DNA of 57,919 nt from an uncultured OCS116 cluster bacterium (GTDB lineage: Bacteria > Pseudomonadota > Alphaproteobacteria > Rhizobiales > TMED25): the NCBI GenBank assembly GCA_902632055.1, contig CACPAS010000004.1:1-57919 (forward strand). The letters run 5' to 3'. Positions 12,046 through 22,565 of this stretch are shown one piece after another. Each line of letters opens with the position of its first letter. Positions within the stretch are counted from its first letter, which is position 1. The notes below the pieces were generated by a model. That model was not told where the DNA came from. It was given only the letters and a program-made list of their open reading frames with translations, and did no database searches. Made by a program: the position numbers and the translations under genes.

Positions 12046-13134
12046 ATGGAAACAATATTAGATAAAATGCAAATAGATTTGGATGGGCTGTTCAGAACAA
12101 TTAAGCATCCACTGGTAATATTGGATAAGGATGATAATATAGTCACATCTAATGACGACGCTGAATTTTTTTTTGGTCTGAGCCGTAACATTCTAAATAA
12201 ATATAAATTTACTGCATTGTATAGCAAAACATCACCGCTTTATTATTTAATCAACCAGTCACGTGAGAAAAAAACAACAATTCGTGAATATTCTCTTATG
12301 TTAAGAAGTCTCATAGATGAGAAAGAACATGAAGTGGACATCCAAGTTTCACCCTTTGAAGATACAGAATACCTGCTTCTGATGTTTATTGAGCGAGGAA
12401 TTGCAAAAAAATTTAATAGGCAATACATGCAAGCTGGATCAGCTAAATCACTTGTTGAAATGTCATCAATCCTTGCGCATGAGATAAAAAACCCTCTATC
12501 TGGGATCAAGGGTGCAGCACAATTACTACTCGATGGAGCAAGTACAGAAAATCAATCACTTATATCAATAATATGCGATGAAACAGACAGAATTAATAAC
12601 TTAATCAATAGTATGCAAATTTTCTCAGATAGTTCGCAGATAAAAAAAGAGAAAATCAATATGCATACTATCTTTAACCATGTGAAGATGATTGCTGAAA
12701 ATGGGTTTGCAAAGGATATCAAGTTTATCGAGAAATTTGATCCATCCCTTCCTGATATACATGGTAATAAAGATCTGCTTATCCAAGTTCTCTTGAACTT
12801 GATTAAGAATAGTAGTGAAGCGATAAAAAACAATACTAACAAAGGTGAAATAATATTAAGCTCATCTTTTCTGTCAAGTATTCGAATTAGCCTACCAACA
12901 TCAAGCAAAAAAATAGAATTACCATTGTGTTTTTCAATTGAAGATAATGGCGGCGGTATAGACACGGATATTTATGAAAATATATTTGATCCTTTTATAA
13001 CAAGTAAAAAAGAAGGTAAGGGACTTGGGCTGTCTATTGCGTCAAAGATAATACAAGATCATGATGGTGTTATCGAATGTGGAACAACAAGTCGTGGTAC
13101 AAAAATGTCAATTCTATTTCCTGTATCTCATTAG
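12046..13134 (+). CDS. ntrB: Nitrogen regulation histidine kinase NtrB
   Basis: PAS domain, H-box LAHEIKNPLSGI, N-box NLIKNS, DNGGG, GKGLGL; upstream of ntrC. Confidence 0.92.
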   Translation: METILDKMQIDLDGLFRTIKHPLVILDKDDNIVTSNDDAEFFFGLSRNILNKYKFTALYSKTSPLYYLINQSREKKTTIREYSLMLRSLIDEKEHEVDIQVSPFEDTEYLLLMFIERGIAKKFNRQYMQAGSAKSLVEMSSILAHEIKNPLSGIKGAAQLLLDGASTENQSLISIICDETDRINNLINSMQIFSDSSQIKKEKINMHTIFNHVKMIAENGFAKDIKFIEKFDPSLPDIHGNKDLLIQVLLNLIKNSSEAIKNNTNKGEIILSSSFLSSIRISLPTSSKKIELPLCFSIEDNGGGIDTDIYENIFDPFITSKKEGKGLGLSIASKIIQDHDGVIECGTTSRGTKMSILFPVSH

Positions 13135-13145
13135 AAAGAATTACA

Positions 13146-14573
13146 ATGAAGAAAATACATATACTGGTTGCTGACGATGATAAAGCCATAAGGCTTGTGC
13201 TTGAAACCGCGCTTAAAAGATCTGGTTTTGACGTTACCTTGACTGAAAATGCTGCTGGCCTATGGAAGTGTGTACAAGAAAATTTTGCAGATGTCATTAT
13301 CACAGATGTTGTCATGCCAGACGCAAATGCGTTCGAATTAATACCAAAAATTAAAAAAATTAATACCGATATACCTATTATTGTTATGAGTGCACAAAAC
13401 ACGCTAATGACTGCCATAAAAGCCAACGAATTAGGGGCATTTGAATACATACCGAAACCATTCAACATAGCTGAGTTATCAAATATAATTAATCGTTCAA
13501 TCAATGAGAACAAAAAAGTAATTGAAGGTGAGAACTTCGACTCGCCGGATGGTTTTCCGTTGATAGGGCGTTCAAAGCCAATGCAAGAAGTCTATCGTGT
13601 TATGGCAAGATTAATGAATTCTGATTTAACTGTACTAATAACTGGAGAATCTGGCACGGGAAAAGAACTTATTGCAAAGGCCTTACACGAATTTGGTAGT
13701 AGAAAAGACTCCACCTTTGTGGCAATAAATATGGCCGCAATACCTAAAGATCTTATCGAGTCCGAATTATTTGGTCATGAGAAGGGCGCATTTACTGGCG
13801 CAATTGAAAAGAAAATTGGTAAGTTTCAGATTGCTGATGGTGGCACCCTTTTCTTGGATGAAATTGGTGATATGCCCATCGATGCGCAAACGCGTTTGCT
13901 AAGAGTTCTTCAAGAAGGGGAGTTTCTGACTGTAGGCGGAACAAGCCCCATAAAAACAAATGTGAGGATTATTGCTGCCACGAATAAATCATTAACCGAC
14001 CAGATAAAATTAGGCGCATTTCGTGAAGACCTATATTACAGAATTAACGTAATCCCAATAATGTTACCCCCTTTGAGAGATCGTAAAGATGACCTGCCAG
14101 CATTGGTTAATCATTTTATGGCTACAAATGTTTTGGATGATAATACGAACAGAATTGAACAAGATGCAATAAATTATATTAAAAATTACGATTGGCCGGG
14201 AAATATTCGAGAATTAGAAAACTTTATTAAAAGATTGATTACGCTATATCCAAATGAGATAATTTCACTTGATATTATAAAAAATGAGTTTTCACAAGCG
14301 GATAATAAAAATTATGATGCATATAGCAAGCAACCCAGATCATTGGAAGATCATGTTAAAAGTTATCTGAGTAAATACTCCATCGAAGACTTCAGTGATG
14401 GCGATGAAGGACTTTATCATAAAGTTCTTGTACAATTTGAAAAGCCAATTATAAATTTTGTCATGGAGTCTACTAAAGGAAATCAAATTAAAGCTTCTAG
14501 AATACTTGGCTTAAATCGTAATACATTGCGTAAGAAATTACGTATATATAATGCGGATCTATCGAAAAATTAG
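13146..14573 (+). CDS. ntrC: Nitrogen regulation response regulator NtrC
   Basis: Receiver domain, GESGTGKE, intact ESELFGHEKGAFTGA, FLDEIGD, WPGNIREL, HTH GNQIKASRILGLNRNTLRKK. Start moved to ATG 13146. Confidence 0.95.
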   Translation: MKKIHILVADDDKAIRLVLETALKRSGFDVTLTENAAGLWKCVQENFADVIITDVVMPDANAFELIPKIKKINTDIPIIVMSAQNTLMTAIKANELGAFEYIPKPFNIAELSNIINRSINENKKVIEGENFDSPDGFPLIGRSKPMQEVYRVMARLMNSDLTVLITGESGTGKELIAKALHEFGSRKDSTFVAINMAAIPKDLIESELFGHEKGAFTGAIEKKIGKFQIADGGTLFLDEIGDMPIDAQTRLLRVLQEGEFLTVGGTSPIKTNVRIIAATNKSLTDQIKLGAFREDLYYRINVIPIMLPPLRDRKDDLPALVNHFMATNVLDDNTNRIEQDAINYIKNYDWPGNIRELENFIKRLITLYPNEIISLDIIKNEFSQADNKNYDAYSKQPRSLEDHVKSYLSKYSIEDFSDGDEGLYHKVLVQFEKPIINFVMESTKGNQIKASRILGLNRNTLRKKLRIYNADLSKN

Positions 14574-14640
14574 AATTCAATTATCATTAAGATAAAATTT
14601 ATCATTAAAAAATATATTATTAGTAATATAATATGAAGTC

Positions 14641-16863
14641 ATGAGTAACATTGATACACTTAAGTTGTTTAATCCATTGAAGGAATTCTTTAATTCCTAT
14701 AAAGAAACTTTATTTAATGTTTTAATACTGTTGCTTGCAATTTTCTTAATATCTTCAACATGGCTTATTCTAACAGGTCAAGTTTTTATTCCGTCGAACA
14801 CCGTAATTTTTCTTTTATTCATCATGAATACAATCTTCATAGTTGCAATGGTTTTACTTATAATTAGTAAATTCTCACAAATATTAATTGCTCGCAAAAG
14901 GAAGATCGCGGGTGCAAGCCTACAAATTAAATTGATTAGTTTATTCGGTATCGTCTCTGCTTTACCTGCTCTAGTTGTGGCAATCCTAGCTACAATTACT
15001 CTAGACAGAGGTCTTGATAAATGGTTCTCAGACAGAACAAAGTCAATGCTTGAAAAATCTAATATAGTTGCAAAAAGCTACTTACGTGAACATTCAAATA
15101 ATCTGAGATCAGAAATTGGTGCAATGAAAATAGATCTCAATAAATCTGTGAATTTATTTGAAAATAATATTAATGCATTTGGAGATTATTTTCTAAAACA
15201 GGCAAAATTAAGGAAATTATCTGGGGCTTACATTGTAAACCGAGATGGAAATATATTAATCAATACAACAACTCCCACATATGAATTAGGCTACACCAAA
15301 CCATCACAATTATCTTATGATCGTGCAGATCAGGGCGATATTATTATATTCAAACCAAATGATTATAATATGGTTAGTGCATTTGTACTTTTGCCAGATT
15401 TCATCGATGCCTATTTATTAATTTACAAAGCGGTCGACCCAATTGTTATTAAACATTTAAAGCAATTAGAACTTACGAGAGATGAATATTCAAACCTCGA
15501 AGAAAGAAGGTTTAATACCCAAGTTACATTTGCATTACAATATGTTGGTTTTTCACTTGTATTTTTAACCGTAGCGATTTGGTTCAGTATTTTTTTTGCA
15601 AACAGGCTTTCAGCGCCAATTGCAAAGCTTATACATGCATCAAAAAAAGTATCTGATGGAGAGCTTGATATTAATATAGAAAGCAAGTCAAGAATTGATA
15701 ATGACATGCACAATCTTGTTAGCACCTTCAATAATATGACGACTGATCTCAAAAATCAACGAGAGAACTTAATTTCAAATAATCAACTTCTAGACGAGAG
15801 ACGTAAATTTACAGAAGCTGTTCTTTCCGGAATTACATCGTGCGTCATAAGCATAGATAGCAACGGTAGTATTCAGATTGCAAACCTTTCCGCATGCTTC
15901 TTCTTTGATAAAGAGCTCAGTGATATTCTTGGTGTTAATATCATCGATATAATGCCTCAATTTTCAGATATTTTAATAAAAGCTTATAAAAGTCGCGATA
16001 ATATAGATGAGTACATTACTGTACTAATAAACGATCAATACAGAAATTTGCATATAAAAATAACAAAAGAGGACAAGTCTAAGAAAAGTTCAATGGTAAT
16101 AGCCTTTGATGACGTCACAGATTTATTTGATGCTCAGAGAACGTCAGTATGGGCGGATGTGGCTCGAAGGATCGCTCATGAAATAAAAAATCCACTCACA
16201 CCAATACAACTATCAGCCGAAAGACTTAAACGTAAATACAAGAGCCAAATCACTGATGATGTTGAAGTATTCGAGGATTGCACCGATACAATTATTAGAC
16301 AAGTCGGAGATTTGGGTAAAATTGTCGACGAATTTTCAGCGTTTGCGAAAGTGCCTACAGCAAATATGAATAGTTATGATATATGCGATACTATTAAACA
16401 GGCGGTTCTTCTGCAAAAGATTACATTTGACTCGATTAACATACGATTAGACATTCCAGAGGGAGAGATTTTCTTTAATTTTGATCGCAGGCTTATCAGT
16501 CAAGCCTTAATAAATATCATCAAGAATTCTTCTGAGTCGATATTTTCGTTACATAAGAATGATAATTCTGGGGTCATAAATATATCCCTGATTGATAATC
16601 CTGATAATGTGGTAATCAATATTTTAGACAATGGAACAGGTTTCCCGAAGAGTGATCAGGAAAAGCTATTAGAACCTTATTACACTACAAGAGAGATGGG
16701 CACAGGTATTGGATTATCAGTTGTAAAAAATATAATTGAAGTTCACAAAGGTGAAATAAACCTAAAAAATGATATATCATTGGAAAAGAAAATTATTGGA
16801 GCAATTGTTGAAATAATTTTACCAAAATCACTTGATAGTAATTCCGAAAAGATTAATGATTGA
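14641..16863 (+). CDS. ntrY: Sensor histidine kinase NtrY
   Basis: TM segments, HAMP, PAS, WADVARRIAHEIKNPLTPIQLSAERL. Confidence 0.93.
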   Translation: MSNIDTLKLFNPLKEFFNSYKETLFNVLILLLAIFLISSTWLILTGQVFIPSNTVIFLLFIMNTIFIVAMVLLIISKFSQILIARKRKIAGASLQIKLISLFGIVSALPALVVAILATITLDRGLDKWFSDRTKSMLEKSNIVAKSYLREHSNNLRSEIGAMKIDLNKSVNLFENNINAFGDYFLKQAKLRKLSGAYIVNRDGNILINTTTPTYELGYTKPSQLSYDRADQGDIIIFKPNDYNMVSAFVLLPDFIDAYLLIYKAVDPIVIKHLKQLELTRDEYSNLEERRFNTQVTFALQYVGFSLVFLTVAIWFSIFFANRLSAPIAKLIHASKKVSDGELDINIESKSRIDNDMHNLVSTFNNMTTDLKNQRENLISNNQLLDERRKFTEAVLSGITSCVISIDSNGSIQIANLSACFFFDKELSDILGVNIIDIMPQFSDILIKAYKSRDNIDEYITVLINDQYRNLHIKITKEDKSKKSSMVIAFDDVTDLFDAQRTSVWADVARRIAHEIKNPLTPIQLSAERLKRKYKSQITDDVEVFEDCTDTIIRQVGDLGKIVDEFSAFAKVPTANMNSYDICDTIKQAVLLQKITFDSINIRLDIPEGEIFFNFDRRLISQALINIIKNSSESIFSLHKNDNSGVINISLIDNPDNVVINILDNGTGFPKSDQEKLLEPYYTTREMGTGIGLSVVKNIIEVHKGEINLKNDISLEKKIIGAIVEIILPKSLDSNSEKIND

Positions 16864-18202
16864 ACATAAAAATATATTAATAATTGATGACGAAATTGAT
16901 ATCTGTAAATTAATATCAGGTGTCCTTGAAGATGAAGGCTACAAAACTTCTGATGCACAAAATAGTGATAGTGCGATCAGTATTATTTCAAAAGATAAAA
17001 TTGATTTAATAATCTTAGACGTATGGCTAGAAGGCAGTAAGCTTGACGGTATAGAGTTATTGCAAGAAATTCATAATACACGACCGGAAATTCCAATTAT
17101 AATTATTTCTGGACATGGTAATATTGATACAGCAGTAACAGCAATAAAAATTGGTGCATATGATTACCTGGAAAAGCCATTTAAAACAGAACGCTTGATG
17201 CATACAATAAAAAGGGCTTCTGAAGCATATAATCTTAGGCAAGAAATTACTAATATTAGAAATAAATCAAATTATGCAACAGATTATATTGGTCAGTCTA
17301 ACACGGTATTGCAGTTAAATCAGACAATAGAAAGGCTTGCAGAAGTAAAAAGCCGTATCTTAATTACTGGCGGTAGCGGTGTAGGTAAAGAACTTATTGC
17401 GAGACTAATACATAATAAGTCACAAAGATCTAATTTCTTATTTACACGATTAAATGCAAGGAATATTAACGCTAATGAATTTCAAGATAAGATATGTGGT
17501 GCTGAAGTGAATAACGATGCTAGCCTTACTAAAGAACTGAATGGAGGGACACTATTTATAAATGAAATATCTGAACTCTCCATTGATTCACAGAAGGTTC
17601 TACTGAATCTTATTAATAATAAATACAACACAGAAAATTTAGACTGCAGGATAGTGGTAAGTACATCAAAAGATTTAAAATCATACGTTTCACTTGGTCT
17701 GTTTCTTGATGACTTATTTAATAGGATTTCAATTGAACAAGTACATATTCCAAGCTTAATTGATAGAAAAGAGGATATACCGCCGTTAGTTAGGTATTTT
17801 ATTGAAGATTATACTAGGACAACAGAGATTTCTCATAATATAATCATAACAGACGATGCGCTTGCTTTATTGCAATCCTATTCGTGGCCAGGAAACATTA
17901 AAGAGTTAAGGAATTGCATAGAGGGAATTATTTTACAGCTCAACTCAGAGAATGATAATACGATAAATGCAAGCAATATACCCATTGAAATTAGAGACAA
18001 CAATCCCAATATATCAGATAACAATGAGGTTTTAATTTCGTACAATATGAAAGATGCAAGGGATCTTTTTGAAAGAAATTATATTGTTACTCAACTTGCA
18101 AGATTTAATGGCAATATATCAAAAACAGCTGAATTTATTGGTATGGAAAGAACAGCACTTCACCGGAAATTAAAATATCTTGGCATTGATAAAAGAGCCT
18201 AG
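16856..18202 (+). CDS. ntrX: Response regulator NtrX
   Basis: LDVWLEGSKLDG receiver, ISGHG, AAA+ without GAFTGA, C-terminal GNISKTAEFIGMERTALHRKL. Start moved to ATG 16856. Confidence 0.92.
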   Translation: MIEHKNILIIDDEIDICKLISGVLEDEGYKTSDAQNSDSAISIISKDKIDLIILDVWLEGSKLDGIELLQEIHNTRPEIPIIIISGHGNIDTAVTAIKIGAYDYLEKPFKTERLMHTIKRASEAYNLRQEITNIRNKSNYATDYIGQSNTVLQLNQTIERLAEVKSRILITGGSGVGKELIARLIHNKSQRSNFLFTRLNARNINANEFQDKICGAEVNNDASLTKELNGGTLFINEISELSIDSQKVLLNLINNKYNTENLDCRIVVSTSKDLKSYVSLGLFLDDLFNRISIEQVHIPSLIDRKEDIPPLVRYFIEDYTRTTEISHNIIITDDALALLQSYSWPGNIKELRNCIEGIILQLNSENDNTINASNIPIEIRDNNPNISDNNEVLISYNMKDARDLFERNYIVTQLARFNGNISKTAEFIGMERTALHRKLKYLGIDKRA

Positions 18203-18215
18203 GAAGGGATATTAG

Positions 18216-19592
18216 ATGAATATTATTATATGTGGAGCAGGGCAAGTAGGATACGGAATCGCAGAGCAGCTCTCTATGCAGAAAAATGATGTTACTGTTA
18301 TTGATAATTCTCAGAAACTCATTGAGAATATGAATAAGACACTAGATGTTCGAACCATTCGAGGTAATGCTTCATACCCTGAGGTTTTAGATGAGGCAGG
18401 CGCGAATGATGCAGACGTTATTATTGCCGTAACACAGTATGACGAGATTAATATGGTAATTTGTACAATTTCACATCTGATTTTTAATATACCTACTAAA
18501 ATTGGTAGAATACGCTCAAATAATTTCCTAAACCCAAATTATGAAAACCTATTCACAAGTGAAAATATACCAATTGATGTAATTATTTCACCCGAAAGAG
18601 AAATTGCGGACTCAATATTAAAAAATTTGGCTCTACCAGGGGCATTTGAAATCATCGAATTTGGTGAAAAGAAAATTTCCTTTTTAGGTGTCAACATAAA
18701 TGAAAATTGTAAAGCTGTTGATATACCTCTGCGGGAGTTAACAGAAAAATATCCTGATTTGATATGCACTATTGTTGGAATTAATCGTGATGAAAAAATA
18801 ATAATTCCCACACAAAAAACCAGTCTAAAGCATAATGATAAAATATATCTTGTTTGCGACTCAGATCATATTAGTAAGGTGCTATCAGTCTTAGGTCACA
18901 CTGAGCCTGAGGCACATAACATAATTATTGCTGGTGCTGGTAATGTTGGCACGTTTCTTGCAAAGGCACTGGAGTCTAATGCTTCAAATATTAATATTAA
19001 ACTGATTGAATTGAGCCAAGAAATAGCAGAAAAAGCTGCGAAAGAGCTAAAAAAATCAATTGTATTGAATGGTAACTCAATAGATAAAAATTTACTGGAG
19101 CAAGCAGGTATAAACAAATCAGACGCATTTGTAGCGATAACAAATAATGATAATATAAATTTAATATCATCAGTTATTGCTAAAGAAATGGGTGCAAAAC
19201 AAGCACTTTCTCTTCTGCAGGATAATAATTATAATGATCTTCAATCAAGACTTAATATTGATGCTTTAATTAATCCCCGAGCGACTACAATATCAAGTAT
19301 ATTACGATACCTTAGGAAGGGAAGAATTAGAGACGCTCACTCACTTTACAATGGAAGCGTTGAGGTTTTGGAGGCTGAAATCGTAGATGCTTCACCACTA
19401 ATTGGGAAGCAAATTAAAGAAGCTGACATACCAGATGATTTAAGATTTGGAGCAATATTAAGGAAAGATAATGTGATTAGGCCAGATGGAGATACGGTGC
19501 TTGAAGTGAATGACCGCATTGTCCTATTTTCATTATCAGAGAGCATCCATGCAGTCGAGCAGCTCTTTAGAACAAGTCAAGATTACTATTGA
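18216..19592 (+). CDS. trkA: Trk K+ uptake NAD-binding subunit
   Basis: Two RCK Rossmann motifs (IICGAGQVG, IIAGAGNVG), IISPE. Confidence 0.95.
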   Translation: MNIIICGAGQVGYGIAEQLSMQKNDVTVIDNSQKLIENMNKTLDVRTIRGNASYPEVLDEAGANDADVIIAVTQYDEINMVICTISHLIFNIPTKIGRIRSNNFLNPNYENLFTSENIPIDVIISPEREIADSILKNLALPGAFEIIEFGEKKISFLGVNINENCKAVDIPLRELTEKYPDLICTIVGINRDEKIIIPTQKTSLKHNDKIYLVCDSDHISKVLSVLGHTEPEAHNIIIAGAGNVGTFLAKALESNASNINIKLIELSQEIAEKAAKELKKSIVLNGNSIDKNLLEQAGINKSDAFVAITNNDNINLISSVIAKEMGAKQALSLLQDNNYNDLQSRLNIDALINPRATTISSILRYLRKGRIRDAHSLYNGSVEVLEAEIVDASPLIGKQIKEADIPDDLRFGAILRKDNVIRPDGDTVLEVNDRIVLFSLSESIHAVEQLFRTSQDYY

Positions 19593-19607
19593 ACCAAGAC
19601 TACTAAC

Positions 19608-20888
19608 TTGATAAATAAAACATATAAATCAATAGTTTATCACCCAGAACTAAGAATAAGATTTAAGAAAAAAAGTACAATTGACTCAATTGATTGTTTG
19701 AATGAGGCTATTCTACTCTCAAATTCACTTGGAATAGATGTCAAATTCTCAAAAATTATAAAGATTGAGAAACCAAATAATTCCACATTATTTAATAATG
19801 GTCAGCTTGAATCAATAGAGAATAAGATTAAGGAATTGGGCGTTGATATAGTGATTGTAGATGGAAAACTATCTCCAATACAGCAAAGAAATCTAGAAAG
19901 GAAGTTTACTGTAAAGGTTATTGACAGAACACGCTTGATATTAGATATCTTTGAGAAGAGGGCAGCAACGCGAGAAGGAGCTCTTCAAGTTGAATTAGCG
20001 CAATTGGAGTACCAAAAAACAAGGCTAGTTAAATCATGGACACATTTAGAGAGACAAAGAGGCTCACTAAGCTTCATTGGTGGCCCTGGAGAATCACAAC
20101 TTGAGATAGACCGAAGACTTATCGATAATCAAATAATTAAGATTAAGAGTAAATTGAAGGACTTTAAAAATACAAGAAAACTGCACCGTAATCAACGTGA
20201 TAAAAAGCCCTATTTTATAATTGCGCTTGTTGGTTATACAAATGCAGGGAAATCGACGTTATTTAATAAATTGACTGGTGAGAAGGTATTATCAAAAAAC
20301 ATGTTGTTTGCAACTCTGGATACAAAGATGAAAAGATTAAATACACGTAATCTTAAAAATATTATAGTTTCAGATACTGTTGGCTTTATCTCTGAACTAC
20401 CTACAGAGTTGATAATGTCGTTTAGATCCACCTTAGAAGAAATAAATTACGCAGATTTGCTAATTAATGTGAGGGATGTGTCTTCAAGATATTCAGAGGT
20501 GCAAAACATAGATGTACTGAGTACTATTGATGAGATTGGTAGAGAGATTAATAGTAATAACTACCTTGAAATATTGAATAAAGTAGATCTGATTGAAAAA
20601 GATCATTTAGAATTAATAAGAAAAAATAAATCAGAAAACCAAGTGATAGTATCCGCGAACACAGGGCAGGGCATAGATGAATTATATGCGGCAATTGAGA
20701 AAAGATTAAATAATAATTATGAAATTCATAGGATAAAATTAAATTATGAAAAATCAGCTATGGAGTCATGGTTGTATGAAAATGCTGTTATTCTAAATAA
20801 AAAATATTGCGATACACACATTAATCTTAAATTTAAAATTTCACATATAAACTATACTCGTTTTATATCGCTTTTAAATTCAGAATAA
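19608..20888 (+). CDS. hflX: GTPase HflX
   Basis: QVELAQLEY, GPGESQLE, GYTNAGKST, FATLD, DTVGF, NKVD. Confidence 0.96.
   Translation: MINKTYKSIVYHPELRIRFKKKSTIDSIDCLNEAILLSNSLGIDVKFSKIIKIEKPNNSTLFNNGQLESIENKIKELGVDIVIVDGKLSPIQQRNLERKFTVKVIDRTRLILDIFEKRAATREGALQVELAQLEYQKTRLVKSWTHLERQRGSLSFIGGPGESQLEIDRRLIDNQIIKIKSKLKDFKNTRKLHRNQRDKKPYFIIALVGYTNAGKSTLFNKLTGEKVLSKNMLFATLDTKMKRLNTRNLKNIIVSDTVGFISELPTELIMSFRSTLEEINYADLLINVRDVSSRYSEVQNIDVLSTIDEIGREINSNNYLEILNKVDLIEKDHLELIRKNKSENQVIVSANTGQGIDELYAAIEKRLNNNYEIHRIKLNYEKSAMESWLYENAVILNKKYCDTHINLKFKISHINYTRFISLLNSE
20664..20671 (+). other. KOPS motif (GGGNAGGG) pointing toward the dif-like site
   Basis: GGGCAGGG about 220 bp left of the site. Reverse-oriented CCCTNCCC occurs on the right side at 35991-35998 and 52655-52662. 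Confidence 0.4.
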
Positions 20889-20893
20889 GAACT

Positions 20894-20921
20894 TTTTCGC
20901 ATAATATATATTATGGAATGT
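20894..20921. other. Chromosomal dif site (XerC arm - 6 bp - XerD arm)
   Basis: TTTTCGCATAA-TATATA-TTATGGAATGT has the 11-6-11 layout with CGCATAA/TTATG cores (E. coli dif: GGTGCGCATAA-TGTATA-TTATGTTAAAT). It is intergenic, at the switch from plus- to minus-strand genes. Confidence 0.8.
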
Positions 20922-20961
20922 AAAATATAATTATTATAAATCAATTATTTATATTAAGTAT

Positions 20962-21756
20962 TTAAATTACCATACCATCATAGGCTGGTATAATATTACG
21001 AGGCAAATAGTCACGAAGCTGTTTATAATCCAAATCTATGTGCATATTTGTAAGTATTGCAGTCTCTACACCTAAGTCTGCCACTAATTGTAATACTTTG
21101 TCCACGTGGAAATGTGTTGGATGCGGACTCCACCGCAAAGCATCTACTATCCATATTTTACAATTTTTTATATATTCAACTGACTCACTTGGTAATTCAC
21201 TGATATCGGATGAATACACGACACTATCTATTTTATATCCAAAAGAGCTTATATTTCCATGCACCTGATTTATAGGCGTAATACCAATAATACCACCTTC
21301 ACCTTTAATATTATACATTTTGCCGTGCTCAATTAAGTTAAGGTTTAGGATTGGCGGGTACCCGCTCCCACTTTTATTTTCAAAGCAATAGCCAAATTTT
21401 TGCTTGAGATTTTCAGATGTTGTAGCAGAAGCGAAGACATCAATCCTTTTTTTATCCCTTAGTGCATACATTCTAAGATCATCAATACCATGAGTATGAT
21501 CAGCATGTTCATGCGTGTAAAAAACAGCGTCAATTTTCTTTATGTTTGCACGATTTACTTGATTTCTAAAGTCAGGTCCGGTATCAACAATTACAGAGGT
21601 AATTTCATTTTCATCAATTTTTTCGATTAAAATTGAGCATCTGCTTCTATTATTCTCACTTAATTTTGGATCACACGCGCCCCATTCATTTCCAACTCTT
21701 GGTACACCAGTAGATGAGCCACATCCAAGTATAGTTATCTTCGTATTAGTTGTCAT
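20962..21756 (-). CDS. MBL-fold metallohydrolase (PhnP-like)
   Basis: LGCGSSTGVP, DTGPD, THEHADHTHGIDD; usual partner of tatD. Confidence 0.92.
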   Translation of the reverse strand: MTTNTKITILGCGSSTGVPRVGNEWGACDPKLSENNRSRCSILIEKIDENEITSVIVDTGPDFRNQVNRANIKKIDAVFYTHEHADHTHGIDDLRMYALRDKKRIDVFASATTSENLKQKFGYCFENKSGSGYPPILNLNLIEHGKMYNIKGEGGIIGITPINQVHGNISSFGYKIDSVVYSSDISELPSESVEYIKNCKIWIVDALRWSPHPTHFHVDKVLQLVADLGVETAILTNMHIDLDYKQLRDYLPRNIIPAYDGMVI

Positions 21757-22565
21757 GCTCTAATCTTATCAAAAAATTTTAGACTATTCTCGGTTGTAAT
21801 ATCAATAACGTCAGCTATTGGTAATTGCTTAACCTCGGATATTTTATCGACTATTTTTGTGATATATGATGGCTCATTTCTTTTTCCACGGTGAGGCATT
21901 GGGGCTAGAAAAGGTGAGTCTGTCTCAACAAATATCCTATCATTTGGGATTTTTTTCAGAATATCTCTAACTGTACCAGCGTTTTTAAATGTAATTATAC
22001 CTGTAAATGATATACTTAAGCCTAAATCTATGGCCACCATTGCAAGCCTTTCTGATGAGCTAAAGCAATGAAGTACACCCCTTAGTTTATTTTTTTTGGC
22101 TTCATCTGTAAGAATTCTTTCCATGTCCTCATCTGAATTTCTATTGTGAATTATAAATGGGAGCCCGCTGATATTTGAACACTCGATTTGCTTTCTAAAC
22201 ATGGTCTCTTGCTCTTTTTTATTATCACGTTTTAGCCTAGAGTAATCCAAGCCACACTCACCTACTGCAACGACCTTACTATGATTACATGCGGATAAAA
22301 GATCAGATAATGTATAATTGTCATATTCATCATCTGTATATAGAGGATGAGTACCTACACTACAATAAACATTATTAAAACGTGATACTAACCTCTCAAT
22401 TTTATGAAACTGTGTAAATTTTGTAGATATCGTTATTAGGTATCTTACATTTACATTCATTGCATTCTTAACGACGATATCGATATCTGAACTGTAGTCA
22501 TCAAAATCGAGATGACAGTGCGTATCAATGAGAAAATCATATTTTTTATTCATCGCTGATTTCAA
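21753..22565 (-). CDS. tatD: TatD family hydrolase
   Basis: IDTHCHL, GTHP, GECGLDY, LHCF, ETDSPFLAP, RGKRNEP. Confidence 0.93.
   Translation of the reverse strand: MKSAMNKKYDFLIDTHCHLDFDDYSSDIDIVVKNAMNVNVRYLITISTKFTQFHKIERLVSRFNNVYCSVGTHPLYTDDEYDNYTLSDLLSACNHSKVVAVGECGLDYSRLKRDNKKEQETMFRKQIECSNISGLPFIIHNRNSDEDMERILTDEAKKNKLRGVLHCFSSSERLAMVAIDLGLSISFTGIITFKNAGTVRDILKKIPNDRIFVETDSPFLAPMPHRGKRNEPSYITKIVDKISEVKQLPIADVIDITTENSLKFFDKIRA

Noticed and set aside
14581-14630. TTATCATTAA direct repeat and AT palindromes before ntrY (Fur-box-like)
   Set aside because: Almost pure A/T and a poor consensus fit; cannot be told from chance.
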